Source of the DNA: a virus | Taxonomy: Duplodnaviria; Caudoviricetes | DNA: 64,000 nucleotides | Reading direction: 5' to 3' (one strand) | Virus record (IMG/VR): IMGVR_UViG_3300033074_001484 | Coordinates: 96,001-160,000 of that record | Shown: positions 8,540-19,577 of the stretch, piece after piece | Layout of the letters: every line of letters begins with the position of its first letter | Numbering within the stretch: the stretch's first letter is position 1 | Program-made: the position numbers and the translations under genes | Notes under the pieces: generated by a model | Databases searched by the model: none | Seen by the model: the letters and a program-made list of their open reading frames with translations, nothing else | Told to the model about the DNA's origin: nothing

Positions 8540-11081
8540 AGGTAAAGTATTTAAACAGATTAGATTTCAATATCAACCTACCCCATCCTAATGCATCCCA
8601 AATTTTTTGCAATTTGGTTACTAAAGTACTTTCTGTCATTCGGTCGATATCAACATACTTTTTCACAAAGATATATACATCTTCCGGTATTTGGGATACC
8701 GGCACACCAATTGTATCATATTGATGTGGATTTGATTTCAAATAACACCAGAAAATTTTATCACCATTAGTGATACGTGGGTAGTCTCTAAGATTTTCGC
8801 GTGTTAAAAAATTATTATAATTAATTGCAGACTTTACATGTATGGGGGTGCCAGATTTAGCTTTACCATCAACATCAACCCATTTTGTTACTGACGAAAT
8901 TCCCGTAGGGCGCATAATGGTATAAATGTCAATAGATGAATATTTAGCAATGCTATCAAGAATCGTTCGGTTTAATTCAACTGACCCTTTACCATGCAAA
9001 ATTCCATGTAACACATCCGTCATCAATAATTTGTAGGCTTTTGGAAAATCACTTTTTACAACATCAAAGCCTGTAATGCTCGGCTTGTCAACTACCAGAC
9101 CTTTTTTCCGGACTATCCACATTGCATATCGTTTCTTCACTTCACCCCAAAACGCCGATTTAGCAACCAATTCTTGTTTTATACTCCATTTATGTTCATT
9201 GATCCCATGAAACTGTTGTGCATATTCATTATACATTTTATTTATATAATTTTCAACATCCGTTGCTATTTTAATTGTTAATTCCGGTATATCCGACTCA
9301 TCAGAATTTGGATATAATACATTTATCAATGGTATGGCAGGATAAAATACTGAATCAGTATCACCATATATACAATAATCTCTGACCTCACCTATAATAT
9401 CTGCATAATATGAATTGGCCACTTCACGAGTGAACCAACTAATTTGCTGCCCGGTCAGTGTAACCGCTTCTCCATTGTCCCTGTCATAAAATCTAAAACT
9501 TGGGAGCAACAACACCCCATATAGTGAGTTTAATAAAATTTTTTGTATAAGTTGTTTTTTATCATATCTTCTATGCAATTCCAAATCACCCGCTTTAAAA
9601 TGGTCTTCCGCCAATTTTGTAAACTCCGAACGTTCTGAAAACCATAACTCCAAAATTGTAGATAATATACCTTTACGGGTATTGTCATATAAAATTCCAT
9701 TTGCTGATAACGTCAAGCTGTACTCTCTTAAAATATGGTGTAGCTCTTGACACGTCACATCTATTGGAGAGTTATTATTAAAAAATTGTATATTAAACAC
9801 TGCATCGGAATTATTCACGAAATCTTGTGAACTTTTAAACCCTTCAATAACCCAGTTTGTAATTTTTGCTACTTTGGTTTCCGGTGAAATATTTAAAGAC
9901 ATGATATTTGAAGGATATAATGATGTTAAGTCTAAATCATACACCCATTCATACACTCCCGGCATTGGAAATTTCACATGTGCCCCATGCGCTTTTCCAG
10001 ATACCATGTAGTCAGTTCTTTTGGGAGATACTTTTCCCATTTTTTTAAGCAGCGATAATATAGCCCCCTCCATATAGTGAGAAGTTTTAAATATGGATTC
10101 GTAAGGCACTTTTCCTTTGTGACAAAGCCCTCTTGCTATTTCTATGTATTCAAATTTACGTTCAAACAAGCATGGAAGGTGAACGTCCATAACGTTATAT
10201 GCTATGAATTTATATATATCATTTTGTAATAAGTCATCAAGGCCACCATCATATTCAATTTTTGTACGGCCTAATTCAATCTCAGCAATATTGTTTAAGG
10301 CATAACTACTTTGTTCCGTGTATGTAAATTTTTTATACAGATCAATATAATCTAATATACTGACCCCTGCAATAATAATACGTTTTTCACCTCTAAACTC
10401 ATCCAACCGACAAATTCCAATTGGACTAAGCATTGCCGCACCACCCACACCACCTAATATCTTATTCAAACGGGTTATTAAATATGGTAAGTCATATTTG
10501 AAAATATTCCACCCAGAAAGTATGGTTGGGGATAATTTACGATATATTTTTAGAAATTCTCTAAGTAACCCATGCTCGTCAACACACGGTATCACTACAA
10601 TATTAATATCATCTTCTTCATCTGATTTCAATTCTTTTAATGTATATTCATTTTTAGTGATCTGACGCTTCCTATCTAATACTATTGTGTAATATTTACT
10701 ATCATCAATATTCCCTATGGTAATAGATGTAATTGTGTTATCAGCATCATATGCGTCGCTATACCCATCCTCTTTAGCAACTTCTATATCAAAAAATACT
10801 ATTCTATGATTTTTAGATATTTCATCTGAATCATAATACAAATCCACTAAAAGTCTGGTATGTATGGGTACCCTATCTTCATACAAAATTCCTGCCTCTT
10901 GATAATTTTTAGGCGGATTAATGATCATTTTCAACCGGGTACCAGTTATCGATTCATGTTCTCCGGTTGGGTCTTCTAAATATGCATAATTATATACCCC
11001 CGTTTTAGATACATACCCTTCCTCATCATCCCACAAGTGCATTGTCCTTGTGAAATAATCATAATAAATATTTTGATACAT
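8532..11081 (-). CDS. gp43: Family B DNA polymerase (gp43-like)
   Basis: Exo FFDIE, GWN..YD, YNVMD; Pol DLTSLYPS, KILLNSLYG, YGDTDS. Confidence 0.97.
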   Translation of the reverse strand: MYQNIYYDYFTRTMHLWDDEEGYVSKTGVYNYAYLEDPTGEHESITGTRLKMIINPPKNYQEAGILYEDRVPIHTRLLVDLYYDSDEISKNHRIVFFDIEVAKEDGYSDAYDADNTITSITIGNIDDSKYYTIVLDRKRQITKNEYTLKELKSDEEDDINIVVIPCVDEHGLLREFLKIYRKLSPTILSGWNIFKYDLPYLITRLNKILGGVGGAAMLSPIGICRLDEFRGEKRIIIAGVSILDYIDLYKKFTYTEQSSYALNNIAEIELGRTKIEYDGGLDDLLQNDIYKFIAYNVMDVHLPCLFERKFEYIEIARGLCHKGKVPYESIFKTSHYMEGAILSLLKKMGKVSPKRTDYMVSGKAHGAHVKFPMPGVYEWVYDLDLTSLYPSNIMSLNISPETKVAKITNWVIEGFKSSQDFVNNSDAVFNIQFFNNNSPIDVTCQELHHILREYSLTLSANGILYDNTRKGILSTILELWFSERSEFTKLAEDHFKAGDLELHRRYDKKQLIQKILLNSLYGVLLLPSFRFYDRDNGEAVTLTGQQISWFTREVANSYYADIIGEVRDYCIYGDTDSVFYPAIPLINVLYPNSDESDIPELTIKIATDVENYINKMYNEYAQQFHGINEHKWSIKQELVAKSAFWGEVKKRYAMWIVRKKGLVVDKPSITGFDVVKSDFPKAYKLLMTDVLHGILHGKGSVELNRTILDSIAKYSSIDIYTIMRPTGISSVTKWVDVDGKAKSGTPIHVKSAINYNNFLTRENLRDYPRITNGDKIFWCYLKSNPHQYDTIGVPVSQIPEDVYIFVKKYVDIDRMTESTLVTKLQKIWDALGWGRLILKSNLFKYFTYE

Positions 11082-11084
11082 GGT

Positions 11085-12452
11085 TTATAGAGGTATATCT
11101 GTCACAATCGGCAACCCTTTTCCATTATTTTGAATTATCAAATAACCACCCAATGTATCATATCCAAGTAATTCGGAAAATAGATTACCAGTAAATATAG
11201 GTGGCACCACAATTTTGCGATAATTCAACATATCAGTGTTTACCACCGAAATTTCATCATACGCTACATATTCTCTTTTTTGAACTTTTATAGTTTTTCT
11301 ACTGTGGTCGTGGCCTACAAGTATAATGTTATATTTTTTAGGATTACCATGCTCAAACAATATTTTTGCCGGGTCTTTATTTGACATTCCAAAATTACCA
11401 TGCATATTTACATAATGGATTCCATTGATCTCTACCGATATAAGATATGGATGATAAGTGATAGGTATCGTGTCGTTAAACGACAATGACAGTGCAAATG
11501 CCAACATTTCACCACCACTACCAAGCCGATCCATATTTTTATCAGGTGTTATTCTGTCATGGTTTCCGGATACCATGTATATATGTGACACATTGAAAAT
11601 CTTTGAAATAAAATTGCGAAGTATTACTACTGCCATTTTAAATATTGATGACCCATATCCATCAGCTTCCATATTTTGTAATGAATTGATATGGTTAAAA
11701 CCTGATAAACTTTCAAAATAATCCCCTAACATTACCAATGTAACTGATGAATAACCGCGACGGTTAATGTCTTCAGCAACGGTATGGAGATATTGTTCCA
11801 ATCGTTGTATTGAAAAATCTTTAGTACGTAACAGGTCAGTAATCTTTGCCCCAAAATGGAAATCACTTAGAACAACTACCGCTTCATCTCCAATAGCAAG
11901 TGTAACACTTTTATTAATTGGTGTAATACCAGAAATTATATCCTGTACAACGGTTTTTAATTTAGATATCGGTACCGGTAATTTTTTAAATCTGGCCTCT
12001 ACCGCATAATTTGTACGTTTATGTGGTACATGATAAGATTTTCCATCTTGTCCTATTTTTTTGAGTTTCATTGTGACATCGTATGATTTTTCACGATGCC
12101 ACACACATTCCCAAATATCCAAATCCACCTTAGTAAATTTTAACAAATCATCTAACGAAGTTAGACACGTCTCGCTAACTCCGGTGAAGTACGCACTATC
12201 CGAACTATATTCAATGGATCGTGAGTTTTCTGGAATATTTGTATTAAACGACAATTTTGAATTAATATATTCATCCGGCGACATTCCGGATTTTTTAAAT
12301 TTGTACCAAACCTTTTTTGCACGATTGCCGGGAGTTTTATATGGCACAATTCCAAATTTGAGTTCCCAGTATGCAAATGAATAAGGCTCAATACCATGTT
12401 CATAGGCATGTCTGATAAATTCATCTATCCCGTTATAATAATTGATATCCAT
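11085..12452 (-). CDS. Calcineurin-like metallophosphoesterase with N-terminal extension
   Basis: SDFH, GD, GNHD, HG and GHDH motifs. Confidence 0.85.
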   Translation of the reverse strand: MDINYYNGIDEFIRHAYEHGIEPYSFAYWELKFGIVPYKTPGNRAKKVWYKFKKSGMSPDEYINSKLSFNTNIPENSRSIEYSSDSAYFTGVSETCLTSLDDLLKFTKVDLDIWECVWHREKSYDVTMKLKKIGQDGKSYHVPHKRTNYAVEARFKKLPVPISKLKTVVQDIISGITPINKSVTLAIGDEAVVVLSDFHFGAKITDLLRTKDFSIQRLEQYLHTVAEDINRRGYSSVTLVMLGDYFESLSGFNHINSLQNMEADGYGSSIFKMAVVILRNFISKIFNVSHIYMVSGNHDRITPDKNMDRLGSGGEMLAFALSLSFNDTIPITYHPYLISVEINGIHYVNMHGNFGMSNKDPAKILFEHGNPKKYNIILVGHDHSRKTIKVQKREYVAYDEISVVNTDMLNYRKIVVPPIFTGNLFSELLGYDTLGGYLIIQNNGKGLPIVTDIPL

Positions 12453-12453
12453 A

Positions 12454-12756
12454 TTAAAGAGATTCTTGTAGGTTAAATGAAATGGTATATTGAACTGGCG
12501 TTTGTAAACTATTTAACGTATGTATTACAAACTTGACTATGTCATCTGCACCGGCATCATCTTCAACGATCACCACGTTCGAGTCTGAAAATTCGTTTTG
12601 ATATTCTGTGGTGCAAAATATTGTTCGATGTATCTTAGCGACCACTGGTGCTATAATTAATAAATCTTGTGGGTCATTTACCGTGATTCTGATTGATATA
12701 TCATCCTCCCCCTTAGCGGAAGTATGTATACTTGTTGCAAACTGTATACTGTTCAT
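12454..12756 (-). CDS. Hypothetical protein
   Basis: 100-aa ORF in operon; AAGGA upstream. Confidence 0.65.
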   Translation of the reverse strand: MNSIQFATSIHTSAKGEDDISIRITVNDPQDLLIIAPVVAKIHRTIFCTTEYQNEFSDSNVVIVEDDAGADDIVKFVIHTLNSLQTPVQYTISFNLQESL

Positions 12757-12770
12757 AACTATCCTTTTTT

Positions 12771-14648
12771 TTATACGATTTCACATGCATTACCGGCACA
12801 GGCCAATTCACCTGTAAGATTTGTATTATCATCTCCTTCTACAATATCTGCCAAATTTATAGAATGGACATGCTCACTCATACGTTCATACATATCGGCA
12901 TCAATTTCTTCAAAGGGAGTTTGTAGATATGTGCCGCCATCATATGGAAGCACTGACAATCCGGTATAATATTTTTTGTTTTTCCACAACCACTCACCTA
13001 CCGCATCCCATCCGCTATCACTATCTATACCATCTTTAACAGTTATTGTGGCTGAAACATTATGTTTATTATCCCCCGTGACATGTCCCGAAACAACCCA
13101 CTCTAATTGCAATTTTTTAATTCTTTCCAAAAATTCCAACGCGGATTCATCAACACGGCATATTGCACCGTCAGGAGCTTTCTGAGGTATCCCAATAATG
13201 GCAGTATCTTGTGGCCTAAATACACAATCCTCAACTAAATCAGGAAGGTTTTCTGCTAAATATTGATATATCGCCTCATCTTTGCCAACCCGAATTCTAC
13301 GAATATAATATGGAGAATGCCACGCATGGCATCCGCTTGAACAACCTAATACTAAGCTCGTGGTACCGGCGGGTTTTATAGTTGTTACTCGTGCCGCGCT
13401 ATTTATACCTATGCGACCTGCAACGTCTTTATTTGTTTCAATTGCATGTTTAGCGGCCTCTGCCAAATCCAAATGATGTATCGCATTTGATGCAATGCCG
13501 GTCATACTTACCCCCAATAATGCTTCTTTTTCGGTGGTCTTTTTCCACACCGGGCGCAAATAATGAAAATCTGTATAACCTGCTTGTAATGTGCCAATTG
13601 TAGCTGCGGCTGAAACACGTGCATTTAAGTCCGCTTGATCTTCTACATCAGATACATTAACTTCACACAGATTGCAAAATTGATATGGTCTCAAAGCAAT
13701 TTCAGCACATGGGTTTGTGCCCCATTCAGCATTATTGCTCCAAAAAATACCGGGTTCCCCGGCCCCACTATTCTTTATTTTTTCCCATATATGATCAAAT
13801 GTCGCCTTATCTGCCCTATATCTAATAAGCACCGCTGAATTATTGGCGCGACCGCGTTGAGGGTTTAACTCCCACCAGTTACCAGACTTACATGTTAGCA
13901 TCTCAATATCATCAGCACTAAACAATGAAATTAATGCTGCTCTGCGAATGCCTCCGGCTAATACAGCATCTGCAATATGACATATAATATCATGTGCTTG
14001 TACTGTACTTAATTTATCACCATTTGGTATTTCAGATAAGATACCGTCAATTTTAAGTAAACATTCTTTTAATGGTTGTGGTCCGGGGGCCTTCCCCCCG
14101 GCGGTAATTAACTTAGACCCTTTTGGGCGGACATCACTAAAATCAAATTGCACAGTTGATCCACCAAAAAAATATGACTTCATCAACACTTTCACGGCAT
14201 CTGCCCATCCCTCAATACTATCCCCGATTAAATATCTACGCTTTCTATTTGGATTTGGTTTGTTTATATATGGCAATTTGTCGACATGATGGCGTTGTAC
14301 AGAATATCCAACACCAGTACCTCCGAGTAATAAAAACATTATTTCTGAAAATATTCGCCAATCGTCGACAGGTCCGTAACAACAATTATACATTCGTGTT
14401 GGATTTATATCTATAGGTTTTCCGGCAAACTGCAATGATCGCATTGACGGCAACACTTTTTTTGGATATACATATTGCCGGTATATCCCTCGTATTAAAG
14501 TTACAAGTTCTGGATACTTTTTAATGTGCATCGCCTCATTTCGACTTACTATTTCGTCCCACGTTTCGCGCCTGTTTAATTCGGGAATATATTTAGCGTA
14601 TTTCATGTATACTGTAATATCAGATAAAATCGATTGATTCAAATTCAT
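12771..14648 (-). CDS. nrdJ: Class II (adenosylcobalamin-dependent) ribonucleotide reductase
   Basis: RRETW, LPSMR, YNC, GGIRRAALI, TNPCAEI, TIKPAGT, C-terminal CAGNAC; no adjacent small subunit. Confidence 0.92.
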   Translation of the reverse strand: MNLNQSILSDITVYMKYAKYIPELNRRETWDEIVSRNEAMHIKKYPELVTLIRGIYRQYVYPKKVLPSMRSLQFAGKPIDINPTRMYNCCYGPVDDWRIFSEIMFLLLGGTGVGYSVQRHHVDKLPYINKPNPNRKRRYLIGDSIEGWADAVKVLMKSYFFGGSTVQFDFSDVRPKGSKLITAGGKAPGPQPLKECLLKIDGILSEIPNGDKLSTVQAHDIICHIADAVLAGGIRRAALISLFSADDIEMLTCKSGNWWELNPQRGRANNSAVLIRYRADKATFDHIWEKIKNSGAGEPGIFWSNNAEWGTNPCAEIALRPYQFCNLCEVNVSDVEDQADLNARVSAAATIGTLQAGYTDFHYLRPVWKKTTEKEALLGVSMTGIASNAIHHLDLAEAAKHAIETNKDVAGRIGINSAARVTTIKPAGTTSLVLGCSSGCHAWHSPYYIRRIRVGKDEAIYQYLAENLPDLVEDCVFRPQDTAIIGIPQKAPDGAICRVDESALEFLERIKKLQLEWVVSGHVTGDNKHNVSATITVKDGIDSDSGWDAVGEWLWKNKKYYTGLSVLPYDGGTYLQTPFEEIDADMYERMSEHVHSINLADIVEGDDNTNLTGELACAGNACEIV

Positions 14649-14672
14649 ATAGACTACCTTATGTTATGTTCT

Positions 14673-14680
14673 TATAAATA
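14673..14680 (-). promoter_or_regulatory. TATTTATW late-promoter-like motif
   Basis: Sense TATTTATA about 25 nt upstream of nrdJ; recurrent motif. Confidence 0.5.
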
Positions 14681-14696
14681 GTGCGCTTTTTATGTA

Positions 14697-16037
14697 TTAT
14701 GGCCCTTGTAGCCGTTTTAACAATGTTAAACCTGCTGATGCTTGTGATGATGTGATCGTATTTCCAGTCGGAGGCGGTGAAATCATTTTCCGTTTTAGAA
14801 TTGTCATTTCCCCAATACGAGCATTCATTCTCATTGAATAAAATACTCCATCATCACCAAATCTATTCTTATTAATTGCGACCTTTGCAAGATTATCCGT
14901 TTTATCTTGTTCGGATCGGTTTATAGTCATTACAAAATCTGCCGTAAATAACTTACCTATCGATTCCGCCACATCTTGATTTTGAACAAATTTATCCTTC
15001 ATACCGTCCCGGTTAGTCTGCGAAGCTGTCCATATTGGAACGTCATATTTTTCCGCAGAATTTCTAAGATCAATGTATAAATCTTCAAGCAATTCATCTT
15101 TACGTTTAGATTTATCGTTGTTCAATTTCATCAAATCCGCGTAATCGATCACAATAATATCCGGTGTAAAATTGTTATCAATCAAATTTTCTATGTAGTC
15201 TTCAATATAATGAATGGTTACCTTTTTAGCAGCCATTTTTACAATGTGTATGTGACCGGCATATTGTCTAATTATCGGTTCTGTACTGTCCAATGACTCG
15301 ATTATATCATCATAGGACTTACCTAAAATAACTGTATCGTATCGGTTACCTACATAAAATTGATTTAATTCAAGACTGATATGAAGTACTTTCTTTCCAA
15401 GTTTGGCCGCAGTTGAACCTATATACACAAGACCCCATGTTTTACCAATTCCAAGAGGTGCAATTATTAGCCCAAGCTCACCACCACCAAGACCACCTTT
15501 CATTAACTCATCAATTTCTGGCCATCCGGTTGGTAACGGGACTCGCGCTTTTTCTGTGTATCTGGCGCGGTATGAGTCTGAATAATCAACTCCGCTAAGA
15601 GGCTCATTGCCAACAGACAACGCTTGTACCATTAGTGCTCTTATATCATCAAATTCACCACGTTCAAGATGTCCAACTGATTTTAACAGAGCCGATGACA
15701 CAGCCTTATTTTTACAAAAATTTATAACTTCAGTCTTTACATAATCCAAATCACTTGAATCGACAAATTGAATCGACAAACCTAAAACTCGCTTCAATTC
15801 AACTTGATAACTATCTGGCTCTTTCGACAATTCAATCTGTAAAAACTCTGGACTCGGTGAATCTTTATATGTACGATAGAATTCAACACATTTGTCAATT
15901 ACCCATTTATAAGGCCCCGCATCTATAAAATCCGTTAACGATATTCCTTGTACTTGTGATATAAATTTCTTATCAATAATGAGTGCCGCCAAGAGTTTTA
16001 ACTGAAATGTTGTACCATACCCATTTAAACTTTCCAT
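14697..16037 (-). CDS. gp41: DnaB-like replicative helicase (gp41-like)
   Basis: Walker A APLGIGKT, SLE, IVIDYADL, WTASQTNR, KNRFG. Confidence 0.93.
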   Translation of the reverse strand: MESLNGYGTTFQLKLLAALIIDKKFISQVQGISLTDFIDAGPYKWVIDKCVEFYRTYKDSPSPEFLQIELSKEPDSYQVELKRVLGLSIQFVDSSDLDYVKTEVINFCKNKAVSSALLKSVGHLERGEFDDIRALMVQALSVGNEPLSGVDYSDSYRARYTEKARVPLPTGWPEIDELMKGGLGGGELGLIIAPLGIGKTWGLVYIGSTAAKLGKKVLHISLELNQFYVGNRYDTVILGKSYDDIIESLDSTEPIIRQYAGHIHIVKMAAKKVTIHYIEDYIENLIDNNFTPDIIVIDYADLMKLNNDKSKRKDELLEDLYIDLRNSAEKYDVPIWTASQTNRDGMKDKFVQNQDVAESIGKLFTADFVMTINRSEQDKTDNLAKVAINKNRFGDDGVFYSMRMNARIGEMTILKRKMISPPPTGNTITSSQASAGLTLLKRLQGP

Positions 16038-17065
16038 GAAATGTTGTGTATTATATTTCTATATATATCCGCCAATTGTAAAGGGGAAACACTTGTAACT
16101 ATTCGTCCAAATGTATTTGCAAAGGTAATGTATGATCCCATATCTGGTGGGTGTTGTAAAAATTGATGTAATTTGATAACAACACTATCCGGTAATAATC
16201 GACCATCCAATATCATTAAATTCTCATTTCGTTTAATAATATCAAGTGAGTCAATAATCATTTTATAAATTTTCAATGGCCGTTTTTCAAGACATTTTTC
16301 ATTACATTCATCTAAAATTTCATCAATTGTAAGGGGGCTATGTGTAATATTAGGAAATCTTTTAATCATTGTTTTAATACCAACCCCTGATACTCCTGAA
16401 ATCCCATCCGATATATCACCTGATAATATCTTAACTAAAATGAAATTAGCATAATGTATACCAAATTCTCGTTGAATTTCGGTTATTGTGTACATAATTT
16501 GTTTGACCGGAGAATATACCCAACATCGTTCCGAAACTAATTGCAGCAAGTCCTTATCAGCCGAAGCAATAATTATATGTGAATTAGGATTAGACTTCAA
16601 ACGTTGTTGCGCTATAAAAGATATTACATCATCCCCCTCAATACCATCAGGGGCTATAGTCATCACCGGTAAAGTGTCCAATACATTTCCCAATTGTATT
16701 AATTGGTATCTAAAGGATTCTTCTTCATCAATATGTTCGGCAAATCCTTCCGGGCGATTAAATCTAAACACGGTGCCCCGATGTGCCTTATATTCGGATA
16801 GTATTTTGGATCGAAGATTTTTTGAATTTTTCCCATCAAATACCACAAATATTTTCCGTGGATTATACGATTTTGCTAATGTGGACAGTGCCTTAACAAA
16901 TCCATAAACACCCCCGACCGGTATGCCATTAGCATTAATCTTTGGATCAGCACAGAATGATCTTATAAACAAATTGTTACCATCTATAATCAGTTCATTC
17001 TCAACGGACGATATTGTACGTTGTGCGTTTAAGTGCTCTTTAAATAAGTCAAGATAATCACTCAT
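16025..17065 (-). CDS. rnh: 5'-3' exonuclease / RNase H (T4 rnh-like)
   Basis: LIIDGNN, VFDG, YKAHR, EGDD, SADKD, GDISDGISGV; start placed at MSDYL, overlapping the uvsX stop. Confidence 0.9.
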   Translation of the reverse strand: MSDYLDLFKEHLNAQRTISSVENELIIDGNNLFIRSFCADPKINANGIPVGGVYGFVKALSTLAKSYNPRKIFVVFDGKNSKNLRSKILSEYKAHRGTVFRFNRPEGFAEHIDEEESFRYQLIQLGNVLDTLPVMTIAPDGIEGDDVISFIAQQRLKSNPNSHIIIASADKDLLQLVSERCWVYSPVKQIMYTITEIQREFGIHYANFILVKILSGDISDGISGVSGVGIKTMIKRFPNITHSPLTIDEILDECNEKCLEKRPLKIYKMIIDSLDIIKRNENLMILDGRLLPDSVVIKLHQFLQHPPDMGSYITFANTFGRIVTSVSPLQLADIYRNIIHNISWKV

Positions 17066-18275
17066 CGACGCCAGATGATAAAGATTCGTCGTCATACACT
17101 GAATTAATGCTTTCCAATAGGGTATCTTCAACATTGAAATCTACCCCCAATTTTGGATTTGACAACATAATTTCAAGAAGAGCATTGTACGACTTTTCCC
17201 TAATATCGGCACGTTCTCGTATCAATTGTATAAAAGTTTTTTCTTGAAATTTACCATCATATATGTCAGGATTTGTAAACGATGACCACGCCCCAGATAC
17301 TTGTATAAGCCCATAAATTTTCATGTTCTCAAGCCATGTACCATAATCATCAATGCCGTGGCTAAAGAATATATTAAACTTTGCAATCCTCTCCGGTGGA
17401 CCGTTACGAGTCTTCATGACAACTGCGACCACACTATTACCCACGATATGCTTGTACTTATAACTTTTAGAAGCATTTTCCAATTCATGTATAATTTTAT
17501 TCACCGATTTTAGGTATACTCGCACCCCCGCATAAAATTCAAGTGCCCTTCCCGATGTAGTTGTATATTCTGTTTCACCATATTTTGGATTGATGCGTGT
17601 CCTAAGTTGGTTTGTAAAAATAAGTAAAACCCGATTTGTACTAATAAGATTGATTAATCTTGGCAACCATTCAGAGAGTATTCTGGCCCTGCCAGTACGA
17701 TATCCCCCTATATTATACAGGCCATCCTTCAAGGTATCCGGTTCATCTACTCTGGCTGCTGCAATAGAATCCACTGCTATGGTTATAGGTCCCTCAAACC
17801 CTTTATCAACTCTTAAATATTTTACAGTCTGTTCAATACTCGCGAGTGTATCAGTGAGTCCCATTTCAGCGGCATATAACAACGCATCTCTATCAATTCC
17901 GAGGGTTTCTCCAAAATCAGGATTAAATGCATGTTCGGGGTCAAATAATATTGCAATTCCCCCTGCTTTTTGTGTATTTGCAAGCACAGATGTCACCAAC
18001 AATGATTTTCCAGACTGCGACTCGCCAAAAATTTCAACTAATTTTCCAACGGGCAATCCCCCATCCGAAACACTTGATATTGCAAGATCAAGTATTCTAC
18101 TCCCAGTTTTTATAAATTCAGTGGGTTCCGTGTTTGTGGGGGTCAAAACTTGTGCCACCCCACCCGGATATTGCTTTTTAAAACTATTATTTAATTTGGA
18201 ACTAAGTTCTGACGCTATATCAGCCAATGACCGGGCTGATTTACCCGGTCCGGCTTGTGATGCTTGTTTTTTCAT
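17058..18275 (-). CDS. uvsX: RecA/UvsX recombinase
   Basis: GGLPVGKLVEIFGESQSGKS, DPE, VDSIAA, FTNQLR, GRALEFYA. Confidence 0.95.
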   Translation of the reverse strand: MKKQASQAGPGKSARSLADIASELSSKLNNSFKKQYPGGVAQVLTPTNTEPTEFIKTGSRILDLAISSVSDGGLPVGKLVEIFGESQSGKSLLVTSVLANTQKAGGIAILFDPEHAFNPDFGETLGIDRDALLYAAEMGLTDTLASIEQTVKYLRVDKGFEGPITIAVDSIAAARVDEPDTLKDGLYNIGGYRTGRARILSEWLPRLINLISTNRVLLIFTNQLRTRINPKYGETEYTTTSGRALEFYAGVRVYLKSVNKIIHELENASKSYKYKHIVGNSVVAVVMKTRNGPPERIAKFNIFFSHGIDDYGTWLENMKIYGLIQVSGAWSSFTNPDIYDGKFQEKTFIQLIRERADIREKSYNALLEIMLSNPKLGVDFNVEDTLLESINSVYDDESLSSGVDE

Positions 18276-18281
18276 AAATAT

Positions 18282-19175
18282 TTATTTTTGTCCGCCAAAC
18301 AACGATTGAAATTTTGATTTTATATCACCGTTTCCAGTTGATGTCACCTCAGCAGTTGTATTATCGGCTTGATCAACTTGTGGTTGACCAAACGCTGTAA
18401 ATTTTGACGGTTGTGGTGATTGCGTCGGTGTCGGTGTCTGAAACGAGTAAGATGTCGTCAAAGGGCCGGGTCCTTGTTTCATTTCCTGTGTATTAGGAGT
18501 ATTAGACAGACGGGTTAAATATTCTTCCAGAATTTTAACCATTTCATCTGGCGTTTTACGAACCACTACTGAATTTAGAAAATCCGGTGTTTTTTCCAAT
18601 AACGAAATTATCAGCGATTCATCATTATAAATTTTCGTTTTGGAAGGCTTTGGTAATACCGTGGTCTCAGACTCTTGAAACGTTTTACCACGTTTAATTG
18701 TAATGTCCAAATCATGCCCTGCCACTAAATCCGTAATATCTCCATAATCTGGGGTGTTCATAATCTTCAGCAACGATTGGTACACCGTGGCACCAAATGT
18801 CCAAAACTTAATACCTTCGGTTTCCCGTCCACGAACTAAAATTGGCACAGCAACCCTATCTTTTGGTCTGAGTTTGTATCCGAGATCACGTTCATCTTTC
18901 GTTGCACCGGGTTTGTTTATAAGCTCATGTGAAAATTGATCCACAGGGTCTATGTCCCCATATGTCAAAGGTGAAGTGATTGGTTTTCCAAAAATGTAAT
19001 ACTGTTTAAGTTCAATGAAGGGGTATGACATATCATATTTGTAAGGCACAATACGTATAACATATTCACCCGAATCCGGCTTCCAAAAAACCGAGTCAAA
19101 ATTACCTTTTGGTTTACTTGCCTGTTCAGCCACTTGTTGGTACGACGTGCGCACCCTGTTTAAATCTAATGCCAT
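18282..19175 (-). CDS. gp32: Single-stranded DNA-binding protein (gp32-like)
   Basis: FWKP..IRIVP, WTFG..VY, DYGDITD...GHD; adjacent to uvsX. Confidence 0.85.
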   Translation of the reverse strand: MALDLNRVRTSYQQVAEQASKPKGNFDSVFWKPDSGEYVIRIVPYKYDMSYPFIELKQYYIFGKPITSPLTYGDIDPVDQFSHELINKPGATKDERDLGYKLRPKDRVAVPILVRGRETEGIKFWTFGATVYQSLLKIMNTPDYGDITDLVAGHDLDITIKRGKTFQESETTVLPKPSKTKIYNDESLIISLLEKTPDFLNSVVVRKTPDEMVKILEEYLTRLSNTPNTQEMKQGPGPLTTSYSFQTPTPTQSPQPSKFTAFGQPQVDQADNTTAEVTSTGNGDIKSKFQSLFGGQK

Positions 19176-19193
19176 GATAATGTGATTTATGAG

Positions 19194-19577
19194 TTAAAAA
19201 ATGAAAACATGTTTTAATTCTATCGGGGTTATATCCAATTCCCCATTAACAACCAATAACAACGAGTTTTTATAATCGTTCCAATTGACATGATAATTTT
19301 TATCCATTACGCCCCCATTTAATACTCGTATCAAAACATTGAGGGCATTTATAGTATATATAGTGTTTGTATATGGTTTTCGATGTACTATTATGGTATC
19401 TGCATCAAACATATTAACAATACCATGTACGTTATACATTAAATATATCTTATCAGAACCCACTCCTATAAAGGTAAATATCTTAGAATGGGTTAAATCG
19501 TAAACGTTACTAATGTGGGTTGCTAAATCAGCATATGTATCTTCAACTGCAAAGGTACATAAAAGTTTTGAATTCAT
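19194..19577 (-). CDS. Hypothetical protein
   Basis: 127-aa ORF with LLCTF and HRK..NTIYTINALN. Confidence 0.75.
   Translation of the reverse strand: MNSKLLCTFAVEDTYADLATHISNVYDLTHSKIFTFIGVGSDKIYLMYNVHGIVNMFDADTIIVHRKPYTNTIYTINALNVLIRVLNGGVMDKNYHVNWNDYKNSLLLVVNGELDITPIELKHVFIF

Noticed and set aside
18273-18280. TATTTATG at the uvsX start (and TATTTATC at 31374)
   Set aside because: They overlap or abut the start codon, so the spacing does not fit the other promoter-like copies.
4778-19557. Intragenic TAnnTTTGC matches at about 4778, 7920, 16120 and 19550
   Set aside because: A few such matches are expected by chance at this AT content, and they lie inside coding sequence without consistent spacing.
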